Sequence record: MK250029.1
DNA length: 64,000 nucleotides
Direction: 5' to 3' (one strand)
The first letter of the stretch is position 1; the number at the start of each line of letters is the position of its first letter. The translations under genes and the position numbers were made by a program. The notes below the pieces were generated by a model. That model had not been told where the DNA came from and did no database searches. It saw nothing but the letters and a program-made list of their open reading frames with translations. Shown piece after piece: positions 32,066 to 43,031 of the stretch.

Positions 32066-32965
32066 TTATTTTTTAAATATTATATCAAATTTTGAAAATA
32101 TATCATAATTTATTTTATTTGGATATTCTCCATATTTCTATGTCCATATATTAATCTTATTTTTTAATTCATCTAATGATATATCACATTTTATACTTTT
32201 TGATGCATTTAAGCTATGCTACATTAACTAACAATTTGCTGGATGTGATATTAAATAAGGATCTATTAATTCTTTATATCCTTCATTACGTGAAAATATA
32301 TGATCTCTAGAAACACCATTTAAATTATTACCTGCATTTTTTGGTTTATACCAGCCATATAATGTTATTTGATTAAAATCAAATTCTTTTGGATAACTAT
32401 TTAATGCAAATTTAAATTTACACTAATTATTATATAACTATTTTAAAGTTTTATTTTCAACACGATAACGGCTATTATGTGCACATGAATTACTACAAAA
32501 TTTCTATTTTCTTCTCTTACTTTCAAATACTTTTCCGCAATATTCACATATATGAATATGTGTTGCATGTATTGCACATGTTGTATTTGTTACATGTTTT
32601 GTATATTTTATATTATTACATTTATTTGATAATGTTTTAGAAATTTTCTAATTTTTCTAATTTAAATTTGTATGTGCATTCGTTAATTTTCTTGCGCACT
32701 ATGTTGAACATGTCTACTTATACTTATTTAATGCATACATATTTGGAGTAACATATACTTTATATTCATTATTACATATAACACAATTACATGTATATTC
32801 TTTACGTTTACGGTGATTATGCATTTTTTCTTTTGTATTCTAAAGTATTTCTTCATACTTTGGATTTTTATTACACCAACGTACATGATTTGCATATGAC
32901 TTTATATTCATATACTAAGTTTCTCCACAATAAGGACACTTCTTTTCAATTTTTAATAATTCCAT
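32066..32965 (-). CDS. HNH homing endonuclease with Zn-finger repeats (299 aa, code 15)
   Basis: CPYCG, CEYCG..FCSNSCA; VSRDHIFS...SHPANCQLMQHSLNASK; over 10 TAG. Confidence 0.75.
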
Positions 32966-33248
32966 ATTTTTTAACTTTATTTTTAAAAGGTGACTGGAAT
33001 CACCTTTATATTATATTATTTATTAATAATTAAATAAAGTTAGATAAACCTGGAATTCGTTTATCAAATGGTTCCAGCCATCTGTCCTTTATTTAATGTA
33101 TTAAATATTTCTCTGTTTTAAGAGTAATATTTATATTTGAAAAACATTATATTGTCTATTCAAATAATAAAAAATTGTTCACATAGGTAAATTTGAAACA
33201 CTAATTTTTAGATTTAACTTTACCATAACTAAACTATATGTGAACACA

Positions 33249-33326
33249 TGGTAGGTTATGAGGAACTCGAATCCCCGACCCTCTCCTTGTAAGGGAGATG
33301 CTCTAAACCGACTGAGCTAATAACCT
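33249..33326 (-). tRNA. tRNA-Val(TAC), CCA encoded
   Basis: AGGTTAT/ATAACCT-A-CCA; TCTCC-CT TAC AA-GGAGA. Confidence 0.94.
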
Positions 33327-33396
33327 AAACTAGTATACTGCTTTCCCAAGTGGTATACTATGAAATAATTCACAAATCCGATTTTATGAATTTAAA

Positions 33397-33572
33397 AATT
33401 AAATAGTTAATTAGGGTGGATTTGCACTTCCCTTACTCCATAGCTAAATGTTAATGATGGACCCTTCTTACTAATGAATAAAAGAAAATTGCGCAAGTTT
33501 TTATTCATTAATATGTTTAGTTCTACATAACGTAGCTCTCTACTTACCGTTAAACTTCGTTACTATTTAATT
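33397..33572 (-). ncRNA. Candidate structured ncRNA (~176 nt)
   Basis: 11-bp closing stem AATTAAATAGT/ACTATTTAATT; internal AATGAATAAAA/TTTTATTCATT and CTAC/GTAG hairpins. Confidence 0.35.
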
Positions 33573-33681
33573 AAAAACGTTTAAAAATATATTCAGAAAT
33601 TTAATATATATTCGCCTCGACGATACTATCTGAACATAGAAGGTACATCCTTTATACATACTAAATCATATTTTTAAATTG

Positions 33682-33845
33682 CGGGAATAGAGGGAATCGA
33701 ACCCACGCCCAGAGATTAGCTACATAAATTGGATTCGAACCAATTAAACTTTATAAAGTATGATACCCAACAGCATTATGTAGTTTAATTTAATCAGGTT
33801 GTTTCCTGTATACAGTCTCTTGCTCGACCTTCGAGCTATATTCCC
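33682..33845 (-). tRNA. tRNA-Asn(GTT) interrupted by a ~93-nt anticodon intron (33719..33811) containing a tRNA-like module
   Basis: GGGAATA/TATTCCC-G73; GCTC-GAAGGTC-GAGC; AGAGA-CT GT[intron]T AA-TCTCT. Removing the intron leaves 71 nt. An alternative junction would give GTA (Tyr). Confidence 0.75.
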
Positions 33846-34471
33846 AACTTTTGCATTAAGGTCAGCAAACCACACATCTCGCTGTCATATAAGCATCCAC
33901 GATTACTATCGTTCCATGTATACAACCATATCCAGCCTGTGCGAATATTTGTTCTATTTGGCTCGTGGCGATATTCTTTTCGAAAGCAATAGCAAATATT
34001 AAAAGGACTTTAATATTCTATAATATCGCCTGATGCACTTTGGACAAGCAGTATAATATAAGAAATCTTATATATAGCCTGATATATTTCAATCATATTT
34101 TTCTTTGGCAGCATCATTCTATAAATTCATATAATTATTGTTTTCTTCCTCACATAAGTAAAATACTTATGAAGTTACTTTTCAATAAAGTTCATAGTAT
34201 ATCTGATTAACTTTTCAGTAACAGAAACATTTATTATATGAATAATACTTATATTTGTCTATCAAAATTTCAAAGAACAATATATTTTTTAATTAACAAT
34301 ACAAAGATACATCTTTATTTTGAATTAAAAAAATATTCATTGAAATTTTTGAAATATTTTTTTGTTTATTATCAATATGTCAAAGAACTAAATGTTTGTT
34401 ATTTTATTAACAACACAAAGATACATTATATATTTCAAATAAAAAAATAAGTCTATAAAAAATTGATATTT

Positions 34472-34720
34472 TTATTTAATTTTTATAATTGTATCTTCTT
34501 TAATAGAACGTCTAATCCATCTCATTAGGATTATTGCTCTATCATAATGTGGTAAGAATGAAGCAGTTTCACCTACATCATGTTTATCTGATAAATCGAT
34601 TTCAAACTAATATACATGATTATCAGTTGATGTAATATTATAAACTGCAATTCCTCCAGCATTCATACAAACAAGGTCTGCTGCACCTTTAACTAAAATT
34701 TTTAAATCAATGTTTTCCAT
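34472..34720 (-). CDS. Hypothetical protein (82 aa, code 15)
   Basis: ATG 34720 to TAA 34472 with one TAG; ends ILMRWIRRSIK. Confidence 0.55.
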
Positions 34721-34743
34721 TTTTAATTAATTTTCTTTTTTAG

Positions 34744-34816
34744 TTGGGGTGGTGGGAGTTGAACCCACTACCAGAATTTTATAAGAATTCCACTCTAACC
34801 GTTGAGTTACACCCCA
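34744..34816 (-). tRNA. tRNA-Ile(TAT)
   Basis: TGGGGTG/CACCCCA; GAATT-CT TAT AA-AATTC; GGTTCAACTCC. Confidence 0.9.
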
Positions 34817-35006
34817 ATATGGGATGTTCCTAAATATAATACAACATTATATCATTAAACATATAGGAACATAATTTCTATTGTTAATCCTATATATAAT
34901 AATGTATATAAGATCAACAATTATAATATTCGATGCTTATGTATATGTCGTATTAAATTTGTCATAACTTTATTCTTATAAAATTTGTTTGTATTCTTTT
35001 AATTTG

Positions 35007-35097
35007 CACACAGAGAAGGATTCGAACCCTCGAACAGACTGTTAAATCCGTTATTGGTTTTGGAGACCAACTGCATCAACCACTCGCACATCTGTGT
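35007..35097 (-). tRNA. tRNA with CCA (Trp) anticodon and Ser-like class II body
   Basis: ACACAGA/TCTGTGT-G73; TTGGT-CT CCA AA-ACCAA; 7-bp variable stem AACGGAT/GTCTGTT. Confidence 0.82.
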
Positions 35098-35406
35098 ATT
35101 ATGTATATAATAAATGAAAAAATCTTGAAACTCTCTGATTATGCAGAATGTTTCAAGATTTTAATATATTAATCGTTATTTATATTACACTATTCAACGT
35201 ATTAACTATTCACAATATCTCTTAACATACATGCACAACGTACTTGTTCATACCAATTAAATGAATCGGCATAAATATCCACGTTATTTTTATATATGTT
35301 ATTAAATTGTCTCATAGTTTTTTATCTTTTAAAATTATTTTCTTTATTATATATATCTAAATTTTTTTCAAAAGTCTTCATTTTTGAGAACTTTTTTCAA
35401 AAAATA

Positions 35407-36117
35407 TTAATTTTTTTTAATTTTCTTTATAGTAATCTTTATTTTCTCTATTAATGATTCTAATTTATGAATACGATCACCTGTATAAAAAGCAATATAA
35501 TCATCCAATAGTTTCTTTTCTGTAGACATTACCATAATTCGATTTTTAAAAAATTCACCATAATTTCTATTTGGTTCAAATTCTGTACAATGTTCTACAC
35601 TATAATCATGATCATATATTTTATATGTTGATTCTGTTCTACCTGCACATATTTTTGGTTCCCATTCATATATAGATTTATGAATTAAGCAACACTGATA
35701 TGGTTTTACATCTTTATCATCAGATATACAGCGCCAATATGTTCTAAAATTATTATATAAACTTCTTTGCATACCTGCTGCATAATGTCTAGATTTATAT
35801 GCAATACCTCTATCTACAATAATCTTATTATCTTTATATTCTGATTCTGAATTTCTTTCTAATACCACATAATAAACTGGAATATCTTTATAATTCACAT
35901 TATAATTATGACTTATTAATGATAGCTCTTTATCACCTGCATAACATTCAGGTGATAATAATCCATCTAATTTATATTCATTAAAATAATCTGGATAACT
36001 ATTTTTAAGGTCATCCAGATTATTTGAGTATATAAAATCAAGAGAATCAAATCGATTATGTAATTTATCATTTACAAATAAACAGAATCTCCATCTATAT
36101 AATTCGTTAATATCCAT
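35407..36117 (-). CDS. Hypothetical protein
   Basis: 236-aa ORF. Confidence 0.6.
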   Translation of the reverse strand: MDINELYRWRFCLFVNDKLHNRFDSLDFIYSNNLDDLKNSYPDYFNEYKLDGLLSPECYAGDKELSLISHNYNVNYKDIPVYYVVLERNSESEYKDNKIIVDRGIAYKSRHYAAGMQRSLYNNFRTYWRCISDDKDVKPYQCCLIHKSIYEWEPKICAGRTESTYKIYDHDYSVEHCTEFEPNRNYGEFFKNRIMVMSTEKKLLDDYIAFYTGDRIHKLESLIEKIKITIKKIKKN

Positions 36118-36130
36118 ATAAAATATTCAT

Positions 36131-36694
36131 TTAATCCATATTTAACTTATCTACAATAATACCACACTCTTCAAGAAGTTTGATACCAGCATCACTTTTA
36201 TAGTTATTTAAATAAACAACACGTGATACTTCAGACTGTACCAAAAGTTTTGCACAATGAATACATGGAGATAATGTTACATATACAGTTCCACCTTTTG
36301 CAGATGAATTATATTTTGCAAGTTTTGTAATTGCATTACTTTCTGCATGCAATGTAATATCTTTTGTAATAAGTCTAAAACCAGGCATCATACCTTTATT
36401 GATATTACGATACTGCACAAGAATCTCTTCCTGTTTTTTCTTATCATGATAAGATTCAGCAGTTTCAAGTGTTGTATGTTCACCTGTATTAATATTATAG
36501 ATTTCTTCACAAATATTCGGCATACCAATAGGCATACCATTAAAGCCCTGTGAAATAACCTGATCATCCTTTGAAACAACAATACAACCTACCTGTTTCT
36601 TAATAGCATATGACAAATTACTCATAGCAATAGCCATATTCATATATGCAACATCAAATTCATGCTGTCTTTCTTTAGATGATTTCTGTACCAT
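36131..36694 (-). CDS. dCMP deaminase
   Basis: VGCIVV...GFNGMP; HAESNAI; TLSPCIHCAK. Confidence 0.92.
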   Translation of the reverse strand: MVQKSSKERQHEFDVAYMNMAIAMSNLSYAIKKQVGCIVVSKDDQVISQGFNGMPIGMPNICEEIYNINTGEHTTLETAESYHDKKKQEEILVQYRNINKGMMPGFRLITKDITLHAESNAITKLAKYNSSAKGGTVYVTLSPCIHCAKLLVQSEVSRVVYLNNYKSDAGIKLLEECGIIVDKLNMD

Positions 36695-37072
36695 ATCTTT
36701 ATATTTTTAATTGTTTATTACTAAATTAACAATACAAAGATACATATTATTTTTGGATTAAAAAAATAATTTAAAACTTATTTTCAATACATTATTAAAT
36801 AAAATGTGGTCCAACCGATTTTCACAAACAGACTGGACCCGATAGTTAAAAATAAATTTTAAATTACGTTATTGATTATATTATTTATTATTAAAAACAT
36901 CAAAAGTTTAAGTTTTTAATAATTATTTTTTATAAATATTTCATTTTTTAATAAAGTAATTCTATATCTATATGAATATAATATACTTCATTCGTTTCAC
37001 AATCTTCCCATTTAAGTTTTGAAACTTTCTTTACTTTAACTGAATGATTATCCTTCAGTCTCAATGCATTCA

Positions 37073-37639
37073 TTACTTCATCCATGGTAAAATCAAATTA
37101 TTATTATCATCAATAAAACCATTAAGTTTAAAATATTTTATTTCATCTTCATTAGTACATGTTTTCAATTGGAAAACTAACATATCCTTTGCAAATGAAA
37201 TACATTCATTAAGCTTGTTTATTTCGTCTGTATCGTCCGATTTTATTCCAGATAGAAAATTATATAGGCGTAAAGAAAATGTCTTGTTACAGAGAAATCT
37301 ACCATCTTTTAACAATGATGTTTTGTCATCAGAATTGATATATGATGTGATAACATAAATAAACATATCTCTTTCTTCTTCTGATATAAAATCATTTACT
37401 TTAGTATCTTCAATAATAGATAATATATTTTTTAGTAATGTGTCTGTATAGAATCTATTATATGGATTAAAAATACGGCTATAAATAAATTTTTTATTAT
37501 CTATATCACAATGATACCCATTACAAGCTAACCAACAATTTCCAAGATTACCACAAAAACTACAATAATCACAAATCTTTCCGTCATTATCGAGTACTTC
37601 ATAATACTCATTTTTCGATAACTTTAATATTTTATTCAT
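37073..37639 (-). CDS. Hypothetical protein
   Basis: 188-aa ORF with an N-terminal Cys cluster. Confidence 0.55.
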   Translation of the reverse strand: MNKILKLSKNEYYEVLDNDGKICDYCSFCGNLGNCWLACNGYHCDIDNKKFIYSRIFNPYNRFYTDTLLKNILSIIEDTKVNDFISEEERDMFIYVITSYINSDDKTSLLKDGRFLCNKTFSLRLYNFLSGIKSDDTDEINKLNECISFAKDMLVFQLKTCTNEDEIKYFKLNGFIDDNNNLILPWMK

Positions 37640-37653
37640 ATTATTCTTAATAA

Positions 37654-38628
37654 TTAAGGTAATTCATTTTCTATTTCATTTATTAATGAAGCATTATCTT
37701 TATCAGGTACATGCTCTTCACAATATGGACATATCCATCCTCGTGTCATATACTTTGCATCTTTACCACAAACAATGCAAGTCTTATATGAAATATCTTC
37801 ATATTTGTTTATTATATTAAATATTTCTTGCGTATCACCTTCTGAATACCATCTCAAACCAGCAAATTTTTCCTTGATCTGTAGTATTCTATAATTAAAT
37901 AATAACTTAATACCTTTAATATATGCTATTAAATATTTTATAGAATACTTATGAATATCTTTTGTATATTCATGTAATAAAGCTGTTTTTATTTCTCTAC
38001 ATATATCTTCGCCAAACTTTATACGCCAGCCAGTTTCCATTGCATCTAATTCTGTATAAGTCGGCAATATATGAAATATTCCTAAAAATGTATTTAGTTT
38101 ACGTAACAAATATATTTTCGTATGAGCAAATTTTGTAAGATTTACAGATATATTATTAAGTTTATACTTTACATTATCATTTTCTATATCATCTACTGTT
38201 TTAACAGAAACATAAATATATGGTTTAATAATTTCACCACCTAATGTCTTATATTTAGTTATATAAAATAAAGCATTATTTACTATATGATACTTATCTA
38301 GATTATATACAGTATTTGAAATTATCTTATTATTTGCTTTATTTCTAACTTCAATCTCTATAGAACAGTTTGGAATATTATGATGTCTAAGAATAATTGT
38401 AGTTTCCTGATATTCAAATATAGGTGTTAATTTCCGCTCTTTATTATCCTTAATATCTAATACTTTCTTACATTCCTCAGTAAATTTATCATTTTCCATT
38501 ATATTTAAAGGAATTGATAATATACCGAATGTTCTTAATTCATGTATTTTATTTAATATTAGTCTATTTGTATAATGTTCATCTGTAAATCTATTACGAG
38601 GATATAAGAATGGATATTTAATACACAA
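37654..38628 (-). CDS. Hypothetical phage protein (C-term QIKEKFAGLRWY...CIVCG..CEEH)
   Basis: 324-aa ORF; exact start uncertain. Confidence 0.6.
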   Translation of the reverse strand: MCIKYPFLYPRNRFTDEHYTNRLILNKIHELRTFGILSIPLNIMENDKFTEECKKVLDIKDNKERKLTPIFEYQETTIILRHHNIPNCSIEIEVRNKANNKIISNTVYNLDKYHIVNNALFYITKYKTLGGEIIKPYIYVSVKTVDDIENDNVKYKLNNISVNLTKFAHTKIYLLRKLNTFLGIFHILPTYTELDAMETGWRIKFGEDICREIKTALLHEYTKDIHKYSIKYLIAYIKGIKLLFNYRILQIKEKFAGLRWYSEGDTQEIFNIINKYEDISYKTCIVCGKDAKYMTRGWICPYCEEHVPDKDNASLINEIENELP

Positions 38629-38689
38629 CCATGTATTTTTTAATATCTATTTAAAATTAGTTTTCATAATAGTTTATTTTTTATATTAT

Positions 38690-39580
38690 TTACTTAATGT
38701 TGTTAGTAAGGTATTCTTCTAAATTATTATATAATGGTACTGAATAACGATCACATGTAATTTCCACATTACCATATCTATAAAAATCTTTTTCACAAAT
38801 AACAACAAGCTTTTTAGTTCTCGCGAATAATCCTAATTCCATTAAGGTAATAGGTGATTTACTTGTACCTAATATATTCATTACAATAATATCAGATTCT
38901 TCCAAATGATCTAATTCCCAATTAACTTGATATGAAAATTCATCTGAATTATTATCAGGCCATGTATTTCTACGAGGATTAAATATTACGCATTTCTTAT
39001 TATATTCATCTAATACTTTACAAAGGTATGTTTGCCAATCAACTGAATTTCCCATATCAATAGTTCCTGCAAGAAATATTTTAGGAACGTAGTAAAAATT
39101 AGATGGAATATTCTGTTCTTTACTATCTGGTTTTATTTCAAAGATATTTTTGTATTCAAACATATCATCATTTGTTATTTCATTAATCTTTCCATTAAGA
39201 TAATCTGCAATTTCTTCCAAATTATTCAAAACAATTCCGCCATTTTTCTGCACTAATTCAACTGTTGCCTTTAATGACTTAACCTGAAACTTTTCCATTC
39301 CATCATATAATACGCAAAATAATGTCTATGATGGTTTCTTATTTGATAAATCAACCACTTCTGCAATAGAAAAACAACCTTGCATTTCTTTAGTGATTAC
39401 AAACAAATTATAATCATCATTTTCTTTATGCCAGTTTTCTATTACCTAACAATCTTCAGTCCAATCATCAACAACAGGATTAAAATATGTTATATTAAAC
39501 TTATCCAACATAGGCATTAACTATTCTCTCCATGTTGATTCTGCACATGTTCCTCCAAGGAATACATTATATTTTTCCAT
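38690..39580 (-). CDS. Tandem nucleoside 2-deoxyribosyltransferase-like protein (296 aa, code 15)
   Basis: ATG 39580 reads through 3 TAG into the listed ORF. Domain 1: VFLGGTC..STWRE...YFNPVV..SIAEVV. Domain 2: IFLAGTID..DWQ..FNPRR..WEL..SPITLMELG. Confidence 0.75.
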
Positions 39581-39624
39581 ATTAATTTAAACTATATAAT
39601 TTTACATATATTATATATATAAAA

Positions 39625-40083
39625 TTAATTAAAGTTTTTCATTACTCTATCAAGATTTCTCTTATTATCTTTTTCCTTAATAGATTCTCTTTTATCATAT
39701 TCTTTCTTACCCTTGCATAAAGCTATTTCTACCTTACAAAGACCTCTATCATTAATAAACATTCTTATAGGTACAATAGTTATACCGGGAATTTTTGATT
39801 CCTTTCCAAGACGTTTAATTTCATTTTTATTAAGAAGAAGTTTTCGTGGACGACGTTCTTCCTGTTTAATATACCATCCTTTATCATAAGGAGCAACATA
39901 TGAATTGTTCATCCATACTTCATTATTATTTTTTACATAACAAAATGTATCAACAAGAGAAGCTTTACCATCACGTATTGACTTGATTTCTGTTCCTGTT
40001 AAAATAATACCTGCCGTAAATGTTTCTATAAATGAATAATCAAAATATGCTTTCTTATTCTTAATGTTTATATTTGTTTTCAT
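39625..40083 (-). CDS. smpB: SsrA-binding protein
   Basis: [26 protein letters not shown]...[11 protein letters not shown]...TIVP...[23 protein letters not shown]. Confidence 0.95.
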   Translation of the reverse strand: MKTNINIKNKKAYFDYSFIETFTAGIILTGTEIKSIRDGKASLVDTFCYVKNNNEVWMNNSYVAPYDKGWYIKQEERRPRKLLLNKNEIKRLGKESKIPGITIVPIRMFINDRGLCKVEIALCKGKKEYDKRESIKEKDNKRNLDRVMKNFN

Positions 40084-40202
40084 AACAACTTCATTTTAAT
40101 TAATTACACTATATATTATTTAATTAAATATAGATATTGTTTAAAATAATAATAGAGATTAACAATTTTTAATGAAATTAATTGTTAATCTCTATTATTA
40201 TT

Positions 40203-40901
40203 TTAATCTAATGTTATCGTCGCAATAGGAATAATATAACAATCTAATGTTTCAACTTGTGAATCTTTTATATCTTTCCATGTTTTTATATTATTCCATG
40301 TATCATTTCTGTTTTCTAATCTTATATCACTTATAGTTTTATCAATATTATAATTATCTTTTAAACTATATGTAAATTCCAAAGATTTCTTATTATCAAA
40401 TACAATTATATCATTTGATATAATTTCTTGTATATCTTTATCTTTTGGAATATTTATATTATTAAAATATTCTATTCCGTTTAATACTTTATCTGAATTA
40501 TCTATTAATAATTGTAAATCATCTGCAGTTGCCATATTAAATTTCATATCATCAAGTTCTTCATTAAATAACTATTTCGTATATGAATGGACAAATGATT
40601 TAAGTTCCTTTATAATATTTTTTTCTGATATTTTTTCATTCATATCAAATGAAACTTTAATTAAATATGGTGTTATCAATTTTAATGTTTTACAATTAGT
40701 TGATATATCTGCAATAATTCCAATAGGAATGAATCTTAAATTTATAAATCTATCATCTCCAACTTCCTAAATAATTGCCTGTTTATCTATTGTGTCATAA
40801 TATAATATATCTCCTATACATGGAATCATAATACCACGCATATCATATTCTCGTTTCTTATTAAAAAGATTTTTATGTATACTATTCTAAAGTTCTTCCA
40901 T
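40203..40901 (-). CDS. Hypothetical protein (232 aa, code 15)
   Basis: ATG 40901 reads through 3 TAG into the listed 40203..40547 ORF. Confidence 0.55.
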
Positions 40902-40907
40902 TTTATA

Positions 40908-41546
40908 TTAATTGTATTGTAATGTGAACACTGGTAAAAATTCAACTCTTGTTAATGCTAATATATTCTCTATTTTTCTTTTTGAATTAATAACTGGTAA
41001 CCATCTATAATACTTACCTTTATGTATAGAAAATAAGCCGCTTTTATACAATCTTTCAGTAAACTGTATAGATCTTTCTTCACCCCATATAGTCTTAATA
41101 ACATCAACTAATGTAGTTAAATTTTTATTAACAAAATCTAATAAAGCTATCTACGGTACCTAATATTTAAATGTTGTTAAATCTATTACAGATGTTCTCT
41201 AATATTTATTACAATATCTATCAAACATATCTTTTAAATATGCTGATATAAAAGTCGGTTTTTCCATATAACGATATGGTATTAATAAAGATTCACTTGT
41301 AAGGTAATTCTTCATTAATACATCAACTGTCATATCATTATTAACCTATACAACAATACCTACTATTGCTTTATCATCTTCTTTTCCACATCTATCTTTA
41401 GGTATAATATCAAAATTCTAATTACTATAATTAAATACAACAAGATCACCAAATTTAGGTTTCATTATGTTGTATAATGTATCATCATAACTTTCATCTA
41501 TGATATTATAAAATTCATCATCGAATACTTCATTAAACTTATGCAC
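40908..41546 (-). CDS. Hypothetical protein (code 15)
   Basis: GTG 41546 to TAA 40908 consistent in frame with TAG as sense; not every codon was checked. Confidence 0.4.
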
Positions 41547-41579
41547 AATTTATTCAATATAATAAATTTAATTTATTTA

Positions 41580-42119
41580 TTAATCGAATATTGTTTCTTG
41601 CATATCTTTTTCTGCAATAATAGATGCATTTTTAATATCATTCTTATGTGCATTTGCCCATGGAGTATCAATAAGTTCTATATTACCGCCAACTGTAATA
41701 TTTTCTAATACACTTATATCACTAATAGGATTATTTGATGCAATAAAATTATTGTTAATTTTAGGAGCAATACCAGATATATCAGAAATGTTACAATGAT
41801 CACATATAAGAGAACCATAAATTTCTTTTGGACATCCATCTAATGATGTTAATTTTGGATTATTAAAAATATATACATTTCCTGTTACAATATCAGGGAA
41901 ATTCTTTAAACTCTTTAATGATCCATAAGGTTCATCTGAAATATGACCATACCAATTTATAGATCCATTTACTTTATGAATCTTCACAGGAAATTCATCA
42001 TATTCCTTATCAAATATAATAATAGTTCCATCCACTATTATATTATTATACTCATCTTTGTACACATGTACATTCTTATCATTGAGCATGTTTACTAATG
42101 TTAAAACTTCTTTATCCAT
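41580..42119 (-). CDS. Leucine-rich-repeat-like protein
   Basis: LKSLKNFPDIVTGN / LTSLDGCPKEIYGS / ISDISGIAPKINNN / ISDISVLENITVGG repeats. Confidence 0.6.
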   Translation of the reverse strand: MDKEVLTLVNMLNDKNVHVYKDEYNNIIVDGTIIIFDKEYDEFPVKIHKVNGSINWYGHISDEPYGSLKSLKNFPDIVTGNVYIFNNPKLTSLDGCPKEIYGSLICDHCNISDISGIAPKINNNFIASNNPISDISVLENITVGGNIELIDTPWANAHKNDIKNASIIAEKDMQETIFD

Positions 42120-42226
42120 AACGTATCATTTATTTAGTTTATTATTTATATATACAAAAATAGTCATAAGCAATAGAAAGACTCTATCACCTATGACTAT
42201 CGTGAAATTATTAATATGTTATTTTA

Positions 42227-42943
42227 TTACTCACTCTTTGCTTCATCTAGAAACTTCTGACGAAAATTAGTAGGACTCTTTGTTACATGAATAACTGAAT
42301 CATGCACTGGAGCTGCAGCATCAGGTTCAAATGCAACCGCATTCTCATTTGCTTCAGTTTCTTTCTTTGATGCATCCTCAATCTCTGTTTCAGTCATCTC
42401 AACCTCTGCAATCTTACCATCCTTTGCATAACGTGCCTTTGCCTCATTATAGCCTGCAAGATATGAACCTGGGTCCTTCTTAAAATGTTCTGCCTCCTGC
42501 TCAAGCAATGCCTTAACCATCTTAGTATTAATCATACCAGGATGTGAAACATACAATGAATGATCCAAAAGTTTCAAAGCCTTACCATATGCAATTCTAA
42601 CACCCAAATCTGCATCATGTGTATCACGTACACAACGTGTAGCAACACCAACAGAAAGCATCTTTGTAATAGGTGCAAGAACCTCATCAACCTCGTCAAT
42701 AAACTTTTCTGTACTTGCAGGTACATACTCAATCTGACCATTCTCTTCATTCAACACATTCTTTGCAGGAATCTCATACTCATCCTCTACCATAACTGGA
42801 CGTGTTACAACTGCATCATCATACTTCATTGGAATTGATACTGCTACCATTGTAAAATCACGAACCATTCCACGATAATCTGTAAACTTGCCTGTAAGCG
42901 TTTCGTACTTATACTCAGGCTTAAACTCTTTCTTATTTGCCAT
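42227..42943 (-). CDS. Hypothetical phage protein, strongly codon-biased
   Basis: 238-aa ORF, TAG-free, with frequent AAG/GAG/CTT codons. Confidence 0.7.
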   Translation of the reverse strand: MANKKEFKPEYKYETLTGKFTDYRGMVRDFTMVAVSIPMKYDDAVVTRPVMVEDEYEIPAKNVLNEENGQIEYVPASTEKFIDEVDEVLAPITKMLSVGVATRCVRDTHDADLGVRIAYGKALKLLDHSLYVSHPGMINTKMVKALLEQEAEHFKKDPGSYLAGYNEAKARYAKDGKIAEVEMTETEIEDASKKETEANENAVAFEPDAAAPVHDSVIHVTKSPTNFRQKFLDEAKSE

Positions 42944-43031
42944 TACAAAATTACATTAAATATTTAAAATAAAAAAATGTTTTATCTAAAAACTTTATTA
43001 TATATTAAAAAATAATAGATTTGTCTATGTT

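Noticed and set aside
33410-33445. AGGGAAGTGCAAATCC resembling a cobalamin riboswitch core
   Set aside because: Other conserved elements and a downstream regulated gene are missing.
29308-33811. Group I or archaeal BHB introns as the explanation for the tRNA inserts
   Set aside because: 79 and 93 nt are too short for group I, they do not end in omega-G, and no bulge-helix-bulge was recognised by eye.
33850-34130. RNase P RNA candidate (AAGTCC-like words)
   Set aside because: The conserved P4 motifs (GAGGAAAGTCC and the 3' CR-V) were not found.
17976-35097. Amber suppressor tRNA (CTA)
   Set aside because: All anticodon loops were read; none is CTA. The TCT loop at 26626 would need a register shift.
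36806-36840. GGTCCA...TGGACC hairpin with an internal loop
   Set aside because: Single occurrence between genes; probably a terminator-like hairpin, with no evidence for a riboswitch.
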